From contig CAYLJD010000001.1 of the NCBI GenBank assembly GCA_964383875.1, forward strand, positions 3,299 to 67,298: a DNA stretch of 64,000 nt. Reading direction: 5' to 3'. Source of the DNA: an uncultured Halobacteriales archaeon (GTDB lineage: Archaea > Halobacteriota > Halobacteria > Halobacteriales > Haloarculaceae). Numbering within the stretch: position 1 is the first letter of the stretch; every line of letters begins with the position of its first letter. The position numbers were made by a program, and so were the translations under genes. The notes beneath the pieces are model-generated. The model had not been told where the DNA came from and did not search any database. It saw nothing but the letters and a program-made list of their open reading frames with translations. This document shows, piece after piece, positions 27,114 to 34,842 of the stretch.

Positions 27114-28918
27114 CAGAGATCCCCCCGACGGCGGAGGTACCCCACCTCTCCGAGGACGAGTGCGAGTGCCACGAGGGCAGCAGCCCACGTCAGCGGCGAG
27201 GGAACGCGCGATTCTTCCTGCCGGGCGAGCGCTGCCGACTCGTCGCTCCGCTGGGCGAGCGGCGTCGTCGCGACAGCTGACTCCGGTTCACTGAACAAGG
27301 AGACGCCGAGACGACGGTCACCAACGGTGTAGTATCCGGTGCGATCGAAGCGGATCGTCCGGGCCGTCACACTGCCATCCGGCGTCTCGACACGCGTTTG
27401 GTTCCCGAACTGGAGACGAGCCCCCGCTTCCCGGTTCAGCGACGGCAGGGCCTGCCGGTCCGCGAGGTGGTAGATCGCCCGCTTCCAGAAGACTGGATAC
27501 TGGAAGTAGTAGCGGAAGGTGTCGCCATCGGGGACGTACCCGTAATAGAGGAGCCGGCCGGGGCCGCGAACGTCGGCCGCCAAGAGGGGTGTCTCGTCGG
27601 TGGTTTCGACTAACGGAGAGCCGCCCCTCAGGGAACCCCGGAGATACGACTCGGGCGGCGGAAAGTCGATGTCCCGTGTGAGTTCGTGGGTTGCCACGCG
27701 CCCGATCGACGGATTCGACCCGACACCGTTGGGATCGACGAGCATGAGATTGCCATAGGAGGCGGGTGGGTCCGGCTGGGCGAGGACGGCGACACCGCCG
27801 CCACGCTCGATCGTCTCCCGACCGGCTGCGACGGTTCCGTCGAGCAGCCGATCGGGATTCGTGTCACTGTAGACGATCACGTCGGGTTGCCCCTCGACGG
27901 TCGTCGGGGGTTCCCCCACCGTCAGACGGACCTCGTCAATCACGGACAGTGCCGTCCGGAGGTACCGATCGGGGTCGTTCGTCACCAACAGGACGTCGAC
28001 CGTTGGATCAGTTGGTGCAGCCAGGAATGCCCTGTCGTCGACCGGGAACGAGTCCCCAGGCGAGAGGGTCGCTTCGCCGCCGCCCGCTGGCACGGTGAGT
28101 GTCACCCGCTCGACGCCGCCTGGAGCGAGATCGATCGACCGCGTCTGATCGCCGAGCCGGATCGTTCTCGTCGTTGGTGCGTCCCCGAAGTGTTTCACCG
28201 AGAGCGTCACATTGTGTCCCGTGAACGTGCGGTCGACGATGCCGACGTTCGCAGCGCCACCCCCAGTGAGCTGGCGGAGATCGACCTGTAACCCGCGGGC
28301 GCGTGCGGCCCGGACGGCGTCGGCCCAGCCCGTGTCCCCGGCGAAGTCGCTGAAGATCACGATCCGAGCGTTTTCGCCGGCCAGCGAGGCAGCCTGCGTG
28401 ATCGCCCCGTTGAGGTCCCCAGGCGCATCGGTCACGGCGAGGTCGTCCAGGGCCGACTCGACCTCGGTCGCCCCACCATCACGCACGACGATCCGGGGCT
28501 CACTTCCGGCGACGACGACGGAGTTGGTCCCGCTGGTCGACGCCCGCGCGGCTCCGAGTGCGCTCTCGAATCTGGTCGCGCCCTCCCGCTCCGTGGCCAT
28601 GCTCGCACTCGCGTCCACCACGAGCACCGTCTCCTCGACAGTCTGACTTCTCGTGACGCTCACGTACGGGCCGGCGAGTGCCACAACGAGCCCGACGACA
28701 ACGAGAATCTGGATGAGAAGGAGCAGATTGCGCTTGAGCCGTTCGAAGAGCGGATTGGCGGCATCGCGCTGGGATTCGTCGAACAGAAACCGGATTGTCG
28801 GGAGTTCGACGCGACGCGGATCCGGCTGGACGAGATACAGAAGTACGATCGGAATAATGGCCACAAGCCCGCCGAGAGCGAGTGGCGAGAGAAACACGTC
28901 CTGAAGGGCCATGGCCAT
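27113..28918 (-). CDS. BatA-like protein: aerotolerance-regulator N-terminal double-TM domain + vWA domain
   Basis: The N-terminus FLSPLALGGLVAIIPIVLLYLVQPDPRRVELPTIRFL matches the BatA_N pattern. The vWA MIDAS segment is VLVVDASASMA. A C-terminal TM helix is present. Confidence 0.8.
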   Translation of the reverse strand: MAMALQDVFLSPLALGGLVAIIPIVLLYLVQPDPRRVELPTIRFLFDESQRDAANPLFERLKRNLLLLIQILVVVGLVVALAGPYVSVTRSQTVEETVLVVDASASMATEREGATRFESALGAARASTSGTNSVVVAGSEPRIVVRDGGATEVESALDDLAVTDAPGDLNGAITQAASLAGENARIVIFSDFAGDTGWADAVRAARARGLQVDLRQLTGGGAANVGIVDRTFTGHNVTLSVKHFGDAPTTRTIRLGDQTRSIDLAPGGVERVTLTVPAGGGEATLSPGDSFPVDDRAFLAAPTDPTVDVLLVTNDPDRYLRTALSVIDEVRLTVGEPPTTVEGQPDVIVYSDTNPDRLLDGTVAAGRETIERGGGVAVLAQPDPPASYGNLMLVDPNGVGSNPSIGRVATHELTRDIDFPPPESYLRGSLRGGSPLVETTDETPLLAADVRGPGRLLYYGYVPDGDTFRYYFQYPVFWKRAIYHLADRQALPSLNREAGARLQFGNQTRVETPDGSVTARTIRFDRTGYYTVGDRRLGVSLFSEPESAVATTPLAQRSDESAALARQEESRVPSPLTWAAALVALALVLGEVGYLRRRGDL

Positions 28919-29165
28919 CTCTCACGTTCGCCGCCCTATCGATGTTTCGACGTCCGAATGGCCGAACAAACCACCTGACGGTACGGAGGTGAAACGATCG
29001 CGTCACGCCGGTCTGAATCGGGAAACGTGGGTGGACGGCGTCAGGGATCCCGCCAGGCGAACCGACGTGGATACCAACCCGCGTCTCCAAGAACTCAGCC
29101 ACGAGCCTGACACACTTGAGAAGGCGAGAACCGGAACTGGTCAGTCATGGTAACAAACACCCGGG

Positions 29166-29740
29166 CTAATCGTCAGCCTCCATTTCGTGAAATTCAGCTA
29201 CGTGCTCGCTCATTCGGCCGAGTGTCGCATCGGCCGCGTGTCGCAGTTCGTCGGCCCGCGCGAGGAGTTCCAGGTACTGGTCGTTCTCGGCCAATTCCCC
29301 GGCGGCTTTCACCCGCTCGAGGACGTCCAGCTTGGCTGCCACACGAAGTACTCCTCGACGACCTGCCGGTACGTCCGGCGGAAGAACACCTGTTCGATCT
29401 TCGCCTGAAGGGTCGGCCGCTCGACGGGTTTGCGAAGATAGTCGTCGATCGGGAGGTCAATGACGTCGAAATCGGGTGCCACCCCACTGACCATCATTAC
29501 CTGCAGTGGAAACTCGATCTGTTCGCGAATTTCGGCAAGGACTGCCTCGCCGGACATGCCAGGCATTTGACGGTCGAGAAGGACGATGTCAACCGATTCG
29601 TCGATCTGTGAGACGACCTCCGGGGCGGTGATAATCGTCTCTCACGTCCACTTCTCCCGGATCCATTCCGCAAGCATATTCGCCAAGAGCGGCTCGTCGT
29701 CCACGACGAGAATCGTCCCAGTCTGAGGGTGGGCAACCAT
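29166..29740 (-). pseudogene. response regulator (receiver + HalX domain) disrupted by an in-frame TGA and a frameshift
   Basis: ATG 29740 gives MVAHPQTGTILVVDDEPLLANMLAEWIREKWT, then TGA at 29644-29642. The same frame continues ETIITAPEVVSQIDESVDIVLLDRQMPGMSGE...DDYLRKPVE...EEYFV. The HalX-like helix (AAKLDVLERVKAAGELAENDQYLELLARADELRH...EADD*) then continues in another frame from about 29340 to the stop at 29168-29166. Confidence 0.75.
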
Positions 29741-29940
29741 GTACGCTACATTATGTTTACCTGACTTAATACATAAGAAACTATTAGTTGGTATTATAAT
29801 AGTTTATTCGATTGTAGGACCGTTCCCCCGGATCTGGCCTCGTACGATACGCAGAAAACCACCACCGGACTGTGGACCGACCCACCATCCTCGAGTCACG
29901 CATGGCATTCGACAAATCCAATCAATAAGATTATATATTC

Positions 29941-29959
29941 CTGATGGCGGGACCATCAG
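29941..29959 (-). terminator. hairpin plus T-rich tract downstream of tRNA-Pro
   Basis: A perfect 7-bp stem (ctgatgg/ccatcag) with a 5-nt loop lies 39 nt past the tRNA 3' end. On the transcribed strand it is followed by T-rich sequence (aatatataatcttattgattggattt). Confidence 0.3.
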
Positions 29960-29997
29960 CCACGCGGGCGACGGTACCCAGGTAGCGAAACGTGAAG

Positions 29998-30068
29998 TGG
30001 GACCGCCGAGAGTCGAACTCGGGTCCGACGCACCCCATGCGCCGAGGATACCACTACCCCACGGTCCC
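29998..30068 (-). tRNA. tRNA-Pro (anticodon GGG)
   Basis: The reverse complement reads GGGACCGUGGGGUAGUGGUAUCCUCGGCGCAUGGGGUGCGUCGGACCCGAGUUCGACUCUCGGCGGUCCCA. It has a 7-bp acceptor stem GGGACCG/CGGUCCC, a T-arm CCGAG-UUCGACU-CUCGG, and an anticodon arm GGCGC-AUGGGGU-GCGUC. No CCA is encoded. A TATA-like ccttaat lies about 30 nt upstream. Confidence 0.85.
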
Positions 30069-30123
30069 GCGCTCGGAAAGACGGCAGTCCGGCGATTAAG
30101 GCCTTCGATTCCCGCGGTTGGGC

Positions 30124-31047
30124 TCAGACGAGGACGCGCTCGAGATCGACGACGACGCCGGAGTTGGTGTCCGGGTCCCCGACGAGCGTCCCGAGACAGA
30201 CGGCACTCCCGCCCGACGTCGTACAGACCACGAGCGAGTCGCGTTCCGGCGTGTCCCCACCGGACGGCGCCGGACGTGTGTCCATCACTCCCGGTGCGTA
30301 GACCGGCGCCCCCTCGGCGATTTGCCGGGCGGCGGAATCCGCAACCGTCACCCGCGGGAGGCCACGAAGCGCCCGTTCGGCCGGATCGACCACCGCTCGG
30401 AGCGGTTCGGGATCGCCGTGCTGCGCCCAGACGGCGAGAGCGTCGGCGACCTCCTCCATCGTGACTAGGTCAGTGTCGTCAAACACCCCACTCGCGGTCC
30501 GGCGGAGGGCCCCCATATGCGCGCCAGTCCCCAGCGCCAGGCCGAGGTCGTGACAGAGTTTCCGAATGTACGTCCCCGCCTCGCACCGGACCCGCAGGAG
30601 AGCCCGACGGTCCGCCCGTTCGAGGACCGTCAGATCGGAGACCTCCCGGGAGCGCAGCCGGCGAGAGACGGCGCTCTTTCTCGGCGGCTTCTGGTAGAGC
30701 TCCCCCTCGAACTCGCTGATGATCGCGTCGAAGTCCCCCGGACGAGGCCCGTGGAGTTCGAGGACAGTCACGTATTCCTTCGGTGCATCGGCGAAAACTT
30801 GCGCGAGCCTGGTCGCGTCGCCGAGCAACATGGGCAGACAACCGGTGACTTTCGGGTCGAGCGTACCGCCGTGTGCTGTCCGGTCGATTCGTGGCACGCC
30901 GTGCTCGGCTTGGGCCTCGCCGATCAGGTCCCGGACCCAGCCCGCCACCTGGTGCGCATCGGGGCCGGGAGGTTTGTCCAGGTTGATCACCCCGAATGAC
31001 AGCAGCGATCCGGGTGATCGCTCGTCGGGCGGGTCGCGAAGGCTCAT
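30124..31047 (-). CDS. cbf5: H/ACA RNP pseudouridine synthase Cbf5 (TruB family with PUA domain)
   Basis: ATG 31047 shares one nt with the cmk stop (TGATG). It has TruB motifs (INLDKPPGPDAHQV, AHGGTLDPKVTGCLPM, YQKPP) and a C-terminal PUA-like region. Confidence 0.88.
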   Translation of the reverse strand: MSLRDPPDERSPGSLLSFGVINLDKPPGPDAHQVAGWVRDLIGEAQAEHGVPRIDRTAHGGTLDPKVTGCLPMLLGDATRLAQVFADAPKEYVTVLELHGPRPGDFDAIISEFEGELYQKPPRKSAVSRRLRSREVSDLTVLERADRRALLRVRCEAGTYIRKLCHDLGLALGTGAHMGALRRTASGVFDDTDLVTMEEVADALAVWAQHGDPEPLRAVVDPAERALRGLPRVTVADSAARQIAEGAPVYAPGVMDTRPAPSGGDTPERDSLVVCTTSGGSAVCLGTLVGDPDTNSGVVVDLERVLV

Positions 31048-31625
31048 CAGAAATCGAACCGAACGCCGTCGATCGGCGTCTGTCCCTCGTCGGCTGCTGG
31101 CTCGTACGCCTCGACGGCCCGGAGAACGATCGACACAACCTCCTCCGGCCCCCACCGTGCCGAGTTCACGACGAGGTCGTAGATCGAGTGGTCGTCGATG
31201 TCGATGTCGTAGTACGTCGTGTAGCGGGTGGCTTCACTCTCGGCCCGGGAGCGTGTCTCCTCGCGCGCCTGCTCGACGGACTTGCCCTCGCGGTCGGCGA
31301 TACGGCTCGCCCGAACGTCAAGCGGTGCGTCCAGCCAAATCAAGAGATCGGCGTAGTCGCCGCCCATCCAGCCCGCGAGCCGTGACTCGAGTACGAGGTC
31401 GTCACGATCCCGAGCGGTCGTCCGCAGCCGTCGGTCGAGATCCCGATCGATCGACGGGTCGTCCTCGGCGAGTCGGTTGAGTTCCAGCGGCGTGAGATCG
31501 CGCTCGGCAGCAAGCTCCCGAAAGATGTCTCCACCGGAGACGTGGTCGTAGCCCAGCCGGTCGGCAAGCGCCGCCGCGAGCGTACTCTTGCCGCTCCCGG
31601 CCGGTCCGGAGACAGTGACCAACAT
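31047..31625 (-). CDS. cmk: archaeal-type cytidylate kinase
   Basis: The P-loop [11 protein letters not shown] is at the N-terminus. ATG 31625 (MLVTVSG) is preferred over the track's GTG at 31631. The gene sits in the conserved position between DUF106 and cbf5. Confidence 0.85.
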   Translation of the reverse strand: MLVTVSGPAGSGKSTLAAALADRLGYDHVSGGDIFRELAAERDLTPLELNRLAEDDPSIDRDLDRRLRTTARDRDDLVLESRLAGWMGGDYADLLIWLDAPLDVRASRIADREGKSVEQAREETRSRAESEATRYTTYYDIDIDDHSIYDLVVNSARWGPEEVVSIVLRAVEAYEPAADEGQTPIDGVRFDF

Positions 31626-31664
31626 ACGCACCGTGCGCGAGGTGGGGCCAAAGAGGTTGCGTGT

Positions 31665-32558
31665 CTAGGTGGGCGAGGTCTGGACGTTCAGTGCCTTTCG
31701 CATCACCTGGGTAAAGGTGATCGAGCACAGGAAGTACCACAGCAGCCATGCCTCGATCGGCCCGATGACGCCGGTCCGCCACGTTTCGATCGCCCCGATC
31801 AGCGGCAGCACCATCACGTTCTGGGCGCCTCCCAAGCCGACGTCGAGAATCATCCAGTACATCCAGAGGAACACCGGAATCGTCAGGAGCATGATCCAGA
31901 CCATCGGTCGGAACTGGGCCTTGAACATGCCGAGGTTGTCGGACATCATCGCCATCTGCTCTTCCTGGATCTCCTGGAGTGCCTCGTCGTCGTCACGCTC
32001 TTTCGCCCGTTTGCGGCGCTCGCGAAGCTCCTTGGACTTCTCCTGGTAGTCGCCCATGACGTCCATGTCCATGAGGTTGTCCTGCAGGAGTGTCGACCAC
32101 AGGCCCGTGAACAATGCGAGCACGAGAATGACGACGTAAAACGGGACCATGGACTCCAGCGGTCCGAGGAAGATGTTGATGATCGACCCGATGGTCGCCC
32201 GGACCGACTGGATCCCATAGCCCAGGATGAACGCGACTGCCGCCACCGCCGCGAGTTTGTCGTAGACCGTCCAGTCGACCCCGTCCCCATCGCCATCGTC
32301 AGTGGCAGCCGGCTCGGCCTCGCCGAGGGCATCGCGGACGCCATCGGGGTCGTCTACGACGAACCCTTCGCCACCAGCGTCGACCAAGAGGCCCGTTTCG
32401 ATCAGCCGCCCCCACTGCCCACTCGTGAGCTCGTCGCTCACGTCGCTCCACGTGACCGTTCCCTGTTGGTCGGCTACGCGGAGCACCGACGAGAGGGCGT
32501 CAGTCATATCCTCGCCCTCGGCAGCGAGGTCATCCACTTTCTGGGCGGTCCGTGGCAT
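31665..32558 (-). CDS. DUF106/EMC3-Oxa1-like membrane protein with about 100-aa acidic N-terminal extension
   Basis: The C-terminal 190 aa show the DUF106 architecture: a TM helix, then a Lys/Arg/Glu-rich coiled hairpin (YQEKSKELRERRKRAKERDDDEALQEIQEEQ), then two more TM helices. It occupies the conserved adk-DUF106-cmk position. Confidence 0.8.
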   Translation of the reverse strand: MPRTAQKVDDLAAEGEDMTDALSSVLRVADQQGTVTWSDVSDELTSGQWGRLIETGLLVDAGGEGFVVDDPDGVRDALGEAEPAATDDGDGDGVDWTVYDKLAAVAAVAFILGYGIQSVRATIGSIINIFLGPLESMVPFYVVILVLALFTGLWSTLLQDNLMDMDVMGDYQEKSKELRERRKRAKERDDDEALQEIQEEQMAMMSDNLGMFKAQFRPMVWIMLLTIPVFLWMYWMILDVGLGGAQNVMVLPLIGAIETWRTGVIGPIEAWLLWYFLCSITFTQVMRKALNVQTSPT

Positions 32559-32594
32559 CTATCAGTGTGTCTACGCTCGGTCGCTATGAACCTT

Positions 32595-33245
32595 TTACTC
32601 CACGTGCGCCTTGATAGCAACGTTGATGTCACGCCAGACGCCGTCCGGTGACTGCTCTCCATCGATCGACTCGAAGCCTGGATGGTCGCGATAGTAGTCG
32701 ATGACCGGCTCAGTGTTCTCTGCGAAGACGTCGAGCCGGTTCTCGACGGCCTCCCGCTGGTCGTCCTCCCGTTGGATGAGCTCACCACCGCAGTCGTCAC
32801 AGCGACCCGGTTCAGCTGGTGGATCGAACTCGACGTGGAAGTTGGTCCCACACTCGCTACACACCCGGCGGCCCGTGAGACGATCGATCAGCTCCGACCG
32901 GCCGACGGCCAGCGACAGGACGATGTCGAGATCGGTCATCCCGTCGAGGGCCTCGGCCTGGTCGACATTGCGGGGATACCCGTCGAGGACGAAGCCCTCG
33001 GCCGCCGCGAGTGCCTGCTCCACGATCGCGGTGACGACTTCGTCCGGGACCAGGTCGCCCGCGTCCATGTACTCCGCAGGAGTGTCGTACTCGGCGTCGA
33101 CGTGGCTGATGTCCATGTGCTTGTTTGCCCGGAGCGCGTCGCCAGTCGTGATGTGTTCGATGTCGTAGGCACTGGCGATGTTCTCGCTTTGCGTCCCCTT
33201 GCCAGCCCCCGGCGGACCGAGAATCAACACGCGGGGTGCAGTCAT
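32595..33245 (-). CDS. adk: adenylate kinase (with Zn-finger lid CxxC...CxxC)
   Basis: Starts at ATG 33245. It has the P-loop GPPGAGKGTQ, a GFVLDGYPR motif, and the lid segment RRVCSECGTNFH...GRCDDCGGELIQREDD. Confidence 0.92.
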   Translation of the reverse strand: MTAPRVLILGPPGAGKGTQSENIASAYDIEHITTGDALRANKHMDISHVDAEYDTPAEYMDAGDLVPDEVVTAIVEQALAAAEGFVLDGYPRNVDQAEALDGMTDLDIVLSLAVGRSELIDRLTGRRVCSECGTNFHVEFDPPAEPGRCDDCGGELIQREDDQREAVENRLDVFAENTEPVIDYYRDHPGFESIDGEQSPDGVWRDINVAIKAHVE

Positions 33246-33293
33246 AGTCGCGGGTGCACGACCCGCGGTTAAATGGTTGTCCAAACCACTCCG

Positions 33294-33521
33294 CTACTCG
33301 GTCAGAGGCATGACGATACTGAACACGAGCGGTGCTACGAGGACACTGAGCACGCCCAGCACCGCGAGGTCGGACAGGAGCGCCTGCTCCCAGCCTAGCA
33401 ACCCACCCGAAAACAACGTGGCCGACAAGTTCACCGACGGCCCGATGAGGAACAAAGTAAAGCCAAGGAGAAAGCGCCGTTTCGTCAGGCGGGGATAGTC
33501 AAGCGAGCCGTATCGTGCCAT
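33294..33521 (-). CDS. small membrane protein (75 aa, two TM helices)
   Basis: An ATG-initiated ORF with two hydrophobic helices (FLLGFTLFLIGPSV; LAVLGVLSVLVAPLVFSIV). It lies directly upstream of adk on the same strand. Confidence 0.55.
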   Translation of the reverse strand: MARYGSLDYPRLTKRRFLLGFTLFLIGPSVNLSATLFSGGLLGWEQALLSDLAVLGVLSVLVAPLVFSIVMPLTE

Positions 33522-33664
33522 GCACAGCCCTCCTCATCCCATCCCGCAAAAACTGAGCGCCTCGCCGGCGAGTGAGTCTGCCCCAGGATCCGTCCGGGTG
33601 GGTCGGTCAGTCGCCGAATTCGGTCGATCCGAATCCAGCGGTGCGGGGTCGCAGTACTGGGTTC

Positions 33665-33676
33665 CGAAAGTCTTAG
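33665..33676 (+). promoter_or_regulatory. BRE/TATA-like element for hemE
   Basis: The element cgaaagtcttag is centred about 29 nt upstream of ATG 33702. Confidence 0.3.
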
Positions 33677-33701
33677 CCCGCAACCCACCATCCGTCCGGC
33701 A

Positions 33702-34718
33702 ATGGACCACCTGCTCGTGCGCGCCGCCCGTGGGGAGCGCACCGAGCGCCCGCCGGTCTGGCTCATGCGCCAGGCCGGGCGCCACATTCCCGAGTACCGC
33801 GAGATCCGTGAGGAGTACTCCTTTTTGGAGGCGATCAAAACGCCCGACATCGCCGCTGAGATCACGCTGCTGCCGTGGGAGTACTACCGACCGGATGGCC
33901 TTGTGATCTTCTCGGACATCCTCACCGTCCTCGAGCCGCTGGGCTTCTCGTATCACATCGAGAGTGGTGTCGGGCCGGTGATCGAGAACCCCGTCTCGGG
34001 CCCGAATGACGTCGACCGTACGTACGGCGACGTCGTCCGAGAACTCGATTACGTGGGCGAACTCCTGGTGGAACTCGACCAGCGGATCGGTGACGAAACC
34101 GCCCTCATCGGGTTTGCCGGTGGCCCCTTCACGCTGGCCTCGTACGCTGTCGCAGGCGGCCCGAGCCGAACGAATATGCCGCTCCGCCGTCTCCGCACCG
34201 AACACCCCGAGGCGTTCCGGACCCTCCTCGAGTCGTTTGCCGACATCGTCCGTGACTACCTCGAATTCCAGATCGGGAACGGAGCCGACGTCGTCCAGTT
34301 GTTCGACACATACGCCGGGGTTCTCGGGCCGGCTGATTACGCGGAGTTCGTCCTTCCTCTCCACCGGGAGATTCTCGCCGACCTCGCCGCCCCGTCGATT
34401 CTCTTCGTCCGTCGGATGAACGGCCGGCTCGACCTGGTTGCAGACGCTGGCGCAGACGTCGTTGGGCTGGACTGGACTGTCGACATGGGCGAGGCGAGGG
34501 CGAGCCTGGGCGCGGACGTCCCGGTCCAAGGAAACCTCGATCCGGCGTACCTCTTCGGCTCGCGGGAGCTTATCCAGCGAGCGACCCGCCGAATCGTCGA
34601 GCAGGCAGGCCCACGGGGACACGTGCTCAACCTCGGCCACGGCGTCCATCAGGACACGCCGGTCGAGGGGGTCCGCGCGTTCGTCGAAACCGCCAAATCG
34701 ATCGAGCGGGACACCTGA
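33702..34718 (+). CDS. hemE: uroporphyrinogen decarboxylase
   Basis: The N-terminal signature RPPVWLMRQAGRHIPEYR and the later FSDIL and NLGHGV motifs are typical of UroD/HemE. Confidence 0.9.
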   Translation: MDHLLVRAARGERTERPPVWLMRQAGRHIPEYREIREEYSFLEAIKTPDIAAEITLLPWEYYRPDGLVIFSDILTVLEPLGFSYHIESGVGPVIENPVSGPNDVDRTYGDVVRELDYVGELLVELDQRIGDETALIGFAGGPFTLASYAVAGGPSRTNMPLRRLRTEHPEAFRTLLESFADIVRDYLEFQIGNGADVVQLFDTYAGVLGPADYAEFVLPLHREILADLAAPSILFVRRMNGRLDLVADAGADVVGLDWTVDMGEARASLGADVPVQGNLDPAYLFGSRELIQRATRRIVEQAGPRGHVLNLGHGVHQDTPVEGVRAFVETAKSIERDT

Positions 34719-34842
34719 CCGGTGCTGGCGGTTCGATATGTCGCGGCGAAGCGTTCTCCGTGGTGTGCCCACCGCGTTCGCGACACGCCAGACCAGCTGA
34801 CGATCATCCAAGCCGGCGAGGTCCGATGGTCGCAACCGATCG

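Noticed and set aside
28911-29153. 80-aa ORF upstream of the Bat-like operon
   Set aside because: It overlaps the batA-like start on the other strand. Its composition is neutral to basic with no motif and weak codon bias, so the region is more likely promoter or 5' sequence.
29642-29644. In-frame TGA of the response regulator read as selenocysteine or other recoding
   Set aside because: The same gene also carries a frameshift. No SECIS-like structure is evident, and Halobacteria are not known to have Sec machinery. A pseudogene or a sequencing error is the simpler explanation.
29741-30123. Integrated element or prophage at tRNA-Pro
   Set aside because: No integrase, no phage or plasmid genes and no direct repeat of the tRNA 3' end are visible in the window. 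Only an AT-rich spacer and a decaying regulator gene are present.
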